The position numbers were made by a program, and so were the translations under genes. Below are positions 26,463 through 29,213 of a stretch of DNA of 29,213 nucleotides, one piece after another. This DNA comes from an uncultured Dictyoglomota bacterium (GTDB lineage Bacteria > Dictyoglomota > Dictyoglomia > Dictyoglomales > Dictyoglomaceae): the NCBI GenBank assembly GCA_964654465.1, contig CAZZIO010000025.1, positions 1 to 29,213 of the forward strand, read 5' to 3'. The notes beneath the pieces were generated by a model, which was not told where the DNA came from, made no database searches, and saw only the letters and a program-made list of their open reading frames with translations. Each line of letters begins with the position of its first letter. Position 1 is the first letter of the stretch.

Positions 26463-28513
26463 CTTCTCTCCTCCTTCCTTATAAAACCTAATTTATCAAG
26501 AAAAGAATCCAAAGTTACAAGGATAGGGACCACTAATAAGGTTACAAATAATACACTAATAATAGCTCCTCTGCTGACAAGCATAGCTAAATTCTTTGCC
26601 ATAAAAATATCAGAAAAAATACCTAAAGGAAAGGAGATTAAAAACATGGTACCTGCACTAATTATGATACTATTTATACCTTCAAAGGCAAAATGGGCAG
26701 AGGTAATTCTATCAAACCCTTTTCTCTTTGCTTCCAAATATCTAGAGGTTAAAAGCACAGCATAATCTATAGTTGCTCCAAGTTGGATAGCCCCTATAAA
26801 AAGATTAGAAGAGAAAAAGATAAAACCATATGTTAGGTAATCTATAAGAAGATTAATCGTTATGGCAATCTCTATAACAAGAACAAGAAGGATGGGAATA
26901 GGTAAGGAAAGAAAAGAGAAAGCTACAACCATAAAAATAGCTATTGTAGATATAACGTTTATCTTATTTAAGTCATTAGTGGTTACATCTTTAAGATCAT
27001 AATTTAAAACAGGAATTCCTGTAAAAGTAACATTATATCTTTTTTCTATTTTTTCTCTCATTCTTTCTATAAAATCATAAGATTCTGGGGAACCATAGGA
27101 AAAATTTGCATCTAAAGATAGATAAGAAACTCCATCCTTAAAGAAACTTTTCTTCACACTTTCTGGCACCATATAATCTGGCAGTAATAGATCTACCATT
27201 TCATAGTACCCCATGATACCTGTCACGTAAGGTTCTTTCTTTAATACTTTTATAATTTCTTGCCAATTATCTGGTGATTCTTTACCTATAACAAAAATGG
27301 TAGACTTTTTTTCAAATATGTCTTCTAACTTTCTTTGTCCTATCATGGAAGGTATATTTTCTGGAAGTCCTCTTAAAAGCTTATAATCTACAGGAAACTT
27401 AGGAATAATAAAAAGGGAAAAAGCACCAATAAGAAATATAACAAATATTACAGGCCTCCATCTTATTACAAAATTGAATAACTTTTCTCCAGGTATTCTT
27501 AAGACCCACCTCTTAGAACTTGACCATTTATGATGAAATTCATATAGGAGTACAGGAAGAATAGTAAGAGAAGAAATAAAAGATACCAATACACCTCTTG
27601 TCAAAATAAATCCAAGATCTTTACCGAGCCCAAATCTCATATAAGTCATAGCAAGAAAACCAGCCATAGTAGTAGCTGAACTTGCCACAATACTTGTAGC
27701 TGTAGTTCTAACTGCTTCCCATCCTGCTTCTCCCTTACTTTTTGTTTTTGATTCTTCCTCATATCTATGGTACAAAAATATGGCATAATCCATAGTAACA
27801 CCAAGTTGTAAAATTCCCACAATCATCCGAGATATAAAACTTATCTCTTGCCCTAAAAGAGTAGAGATGGCAGTATTTATAAGAATAGAAAGAAAGATGG
27901 TATAGTAGATAAGAACGGGTACATACATTGAGGGTACAAGGAAAAATAAGAATATTATGACCAATATACTACCAATAAGAAGATAACGAATGGTTTCTCT
28001 TTGAGTTAAATTGCTTAAATCTTGAGCAATAACCGCATTACCTGTAAAATAGCTTCCCTTTGGAAGAATCAAATTTATCTCTTTTATTGCTGATTTTGTT
28101 AAAGGACTCTGGGAGGATTCTATAAACTCAACTTTCAAAAATGTATATCCCTCTTTTATAAACTTATCTTTTATATTTTGATCCCAAAAATAATCAGGCA
28201 AAAAAATATCTTGAAAATCTGAAATCCATGAAACCTTTGATACTCCTTTTATTTGAGACACCTTTTTCTTTAAAGAATCCACATCATAGGGATTATTAAA
28301 ACGAAGTAATATAAATGCTTCTTCACCCAGTTTAAAGGTACTACGCAGTTCATTTAAAGCATTAACTGAAGGAAGGTTCTTTGGAAGTAGAGAATAAATG
28401 TCATAGTTTACCTTAATATTTAAACTAAGATAAAAGGACAAAATAAATAATACCAATGATAAAATGGTTATAATCTTGGAATGTCTAAAACAAAAAAGAT
28501 AAATCCTTTTCAT
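26459..28513 (-). CDS. MMPL/RND-superfamily transporter
   Basis: Two homologous halves with LQLGVTMDYAIFLYHRY and IQLGATIDYAVLLTSRY, SSATTMAGF; two extracytoplasmic loops. Confidence 0.92.
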   Translation of the reverse strand: MKRIYLFCFRHSKIITILSLVLFILSFYLSLNIKVNYDIYSLLPKNLPSVNALNELRSTFKLGEEAFILLRFNNPYDVDSLKKKVSQIKGVSKVSWISDFQDIFLPDYFWDQNIKDKFIKEGYTFLKVEFIESSQSPLTKSAIKEINLILPKGSYFTGNAVIAQDLSNLTQRETIRYLLIGSILVIIFLFFLVPSMYVPVLIYYTIFLSILINTAISTLLGQEISFISRMIVGILQLGVTMDYAIFLYHRYEEESKTKSKGEAGWEAVRTTATSIVASSATTMAGFLAMTYMRFGLGKDLGFILTRGVLVSFISSLTILPVLLYEFHHKWSSSKRWVLRIPGEKLFNFVIRWRPVIFVIFLIGAFSLFIIPKFPVDYKLLRGLPENIPSMIGQRKLEDIFEKKSTIFVIGKESPDNWQEIIKVLKKEPYVTGIMGYYEMVDLLLPDYMVPESVKKSFFKDGVSYLSLDANFSYGSPESYDFIERMREKIEKRYNVTFTGIPVLNYDLKDVTTNDLNKINVISTIAIFMVVAFSFLSLPIPILLVLVIEIAITINLLIDYLTYGFIFFSSNLFIGAIQLGATIDYAVLLTSRYLEAKRKGFDRITSAHFAFEGINSIIISAGTMFLISFPLGIFSDIFMAKNLAMLVSRGAIISVLFVTLLVVPILVTLDSFLDKLGFIRKEERR

Positions 28514-29100
28514 AACTCTCCCTCCTCATAAATTCCCAGAATTCTTTTAGTAATCAGAAGGATGAAATCCATAATTCCTTTAACATAACTACTTTCAATC
28601 TCAAGATTTTCATGCAAAAGACCATAAACCCCATAAAGTATAAATACTGCACATCTTTTGGAATCAAGCTGAGGATCTTTTTTTATTTTCTCAATAAGTT
28701 GAGAAAATGGCTCTATTAATTTATCCAATATTTCAAACGATATTTTAACCCTTAATGGAAAATATTGAGGACTATAATAGATCTTAGAAAAGGATCTTAA
28801 ATCCTCAAAAGCCTTTATCACTGAGCTTACAATCTTATTGTATTTATCCACTAAAGAGATTCTTTCATCTTTAAGTATTTCTATAAGTCCCTTTATATAA
28901 TTCTCCACATAATACTTTATTGCTTCCTCAAAAATCTCTTCTTTTGAAGAAAAGTAATAATAAAACATACCAGGAGAACCCTTAACTTCTCTCAATATAT
29001 CCCTTATGGATGTTTTTTCATAGCCCTTTTTGAGAAAAAGACAAAGGGCAGTTTCAATAAGTTCTTTCTTTCTTATTTCAGGATCTTTACTTATTCTCAT
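28510..29100 (-). CDS. TetR/AcrR family transcriptional regulator
   Basis: KDPEIRKKELI, GYEKTSIRDI, GMFYYYFSSKEEI; ATGA overlap with the MMPL gene. Confidence 0.93.
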   Translation of the reverse strand: MRISKDPEIRKKELIETALCLFLKKGYEKTSIRDILREVKGSPGMFYYYFSSKEEIFEEAIKYYVENYIKGLIEILKDERISLVDKYNKIVSSVIKAFEDLRSFSKIYYSPQYFPLRVKISFEILDKLIEPFSQLIEKIKKDPQLDSKRCAVFILYGVYGLLHENLEIESSYVKGIMDFILLITKRILGIYEEGEL

Positions 29101-29117
29101 ATTTATTCCCCACTATT

Positions 29118-29167
29118 GAACGAACGTCGTTCTGTTTATTATAAAAAAGATAAATTCTTTATGTCAA
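29118..29167 (-). promoter_or_regulatory. Consensus sigma70 promoter plus operator candidate for the TetR-MMPL operon
   Basis: TTGACA (29167-29162), 18 nt, TATAAT (29143-29138); GAACGA-acg-TCGTTC palindrome (29118-29132) at the predicted +1. Confidence 0.78.
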
Positions 29168-29213
29168 TAAAATTATGGACATAAATAAATATTAAATGGT
29201 CTCTTTTTTAGGT

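Noticed and set aside
1..29213. Mobile elements, prophage, defence systems, tRNA/rRNA, riboswitches
   Set aside because: No integrase, transposase, nuclease or phage-like ORF recognised; intergenic gaps are short (about 160 nt at most), AT-rich and largely explained by promoters and RBSs. A covariance-model search was not possible.

Overview
AT-rich, densely coding bacterial chromosome segment. Its gene content (thermophile-type xylan enzymes, an outer-membrane beta-barrel, hyp genes) suggests an anaerobic diderm polysaccharide degrader such as Dictyoglomus; this is inference only. In order: the end of a [NiFe]-hydrogenase maturation operon (hypC fragment, hypD, hypE) plus a DUF362/ferredoxin protein; an ABC-2 exporter; a xylan-debranching trio (GH43-CBM6, GH39, acetyl esterase); an outer-membrane barrel/GH44 lipoprotein/rsuA unit; a FtsX/MacB-type ABC pair with a clear promoter-operator; a DUF2207/phosphoketolase/secreted protein/TetR unit; a 7x52-aa beta-propeller/C45 Ntn-hydrolase/COG2426 unit; and a TetR/MMPL/secreted helical-protein unit. 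I found no tRNA, rRNA, CRISPR array, integrase or transposase. Nothing here is provably a new system. The best leads are uncharacterised envelope and transport modules, two palindromes sharing AATTATG-N10-CATAATT arms, an approximately 17-aa insertion in the phosphoketolase, a duplicated RBS/start element ahead of the xylan cluster, and a probable leaderless mRNA. All family calls come from motif recognition by eye; no database searches were run.
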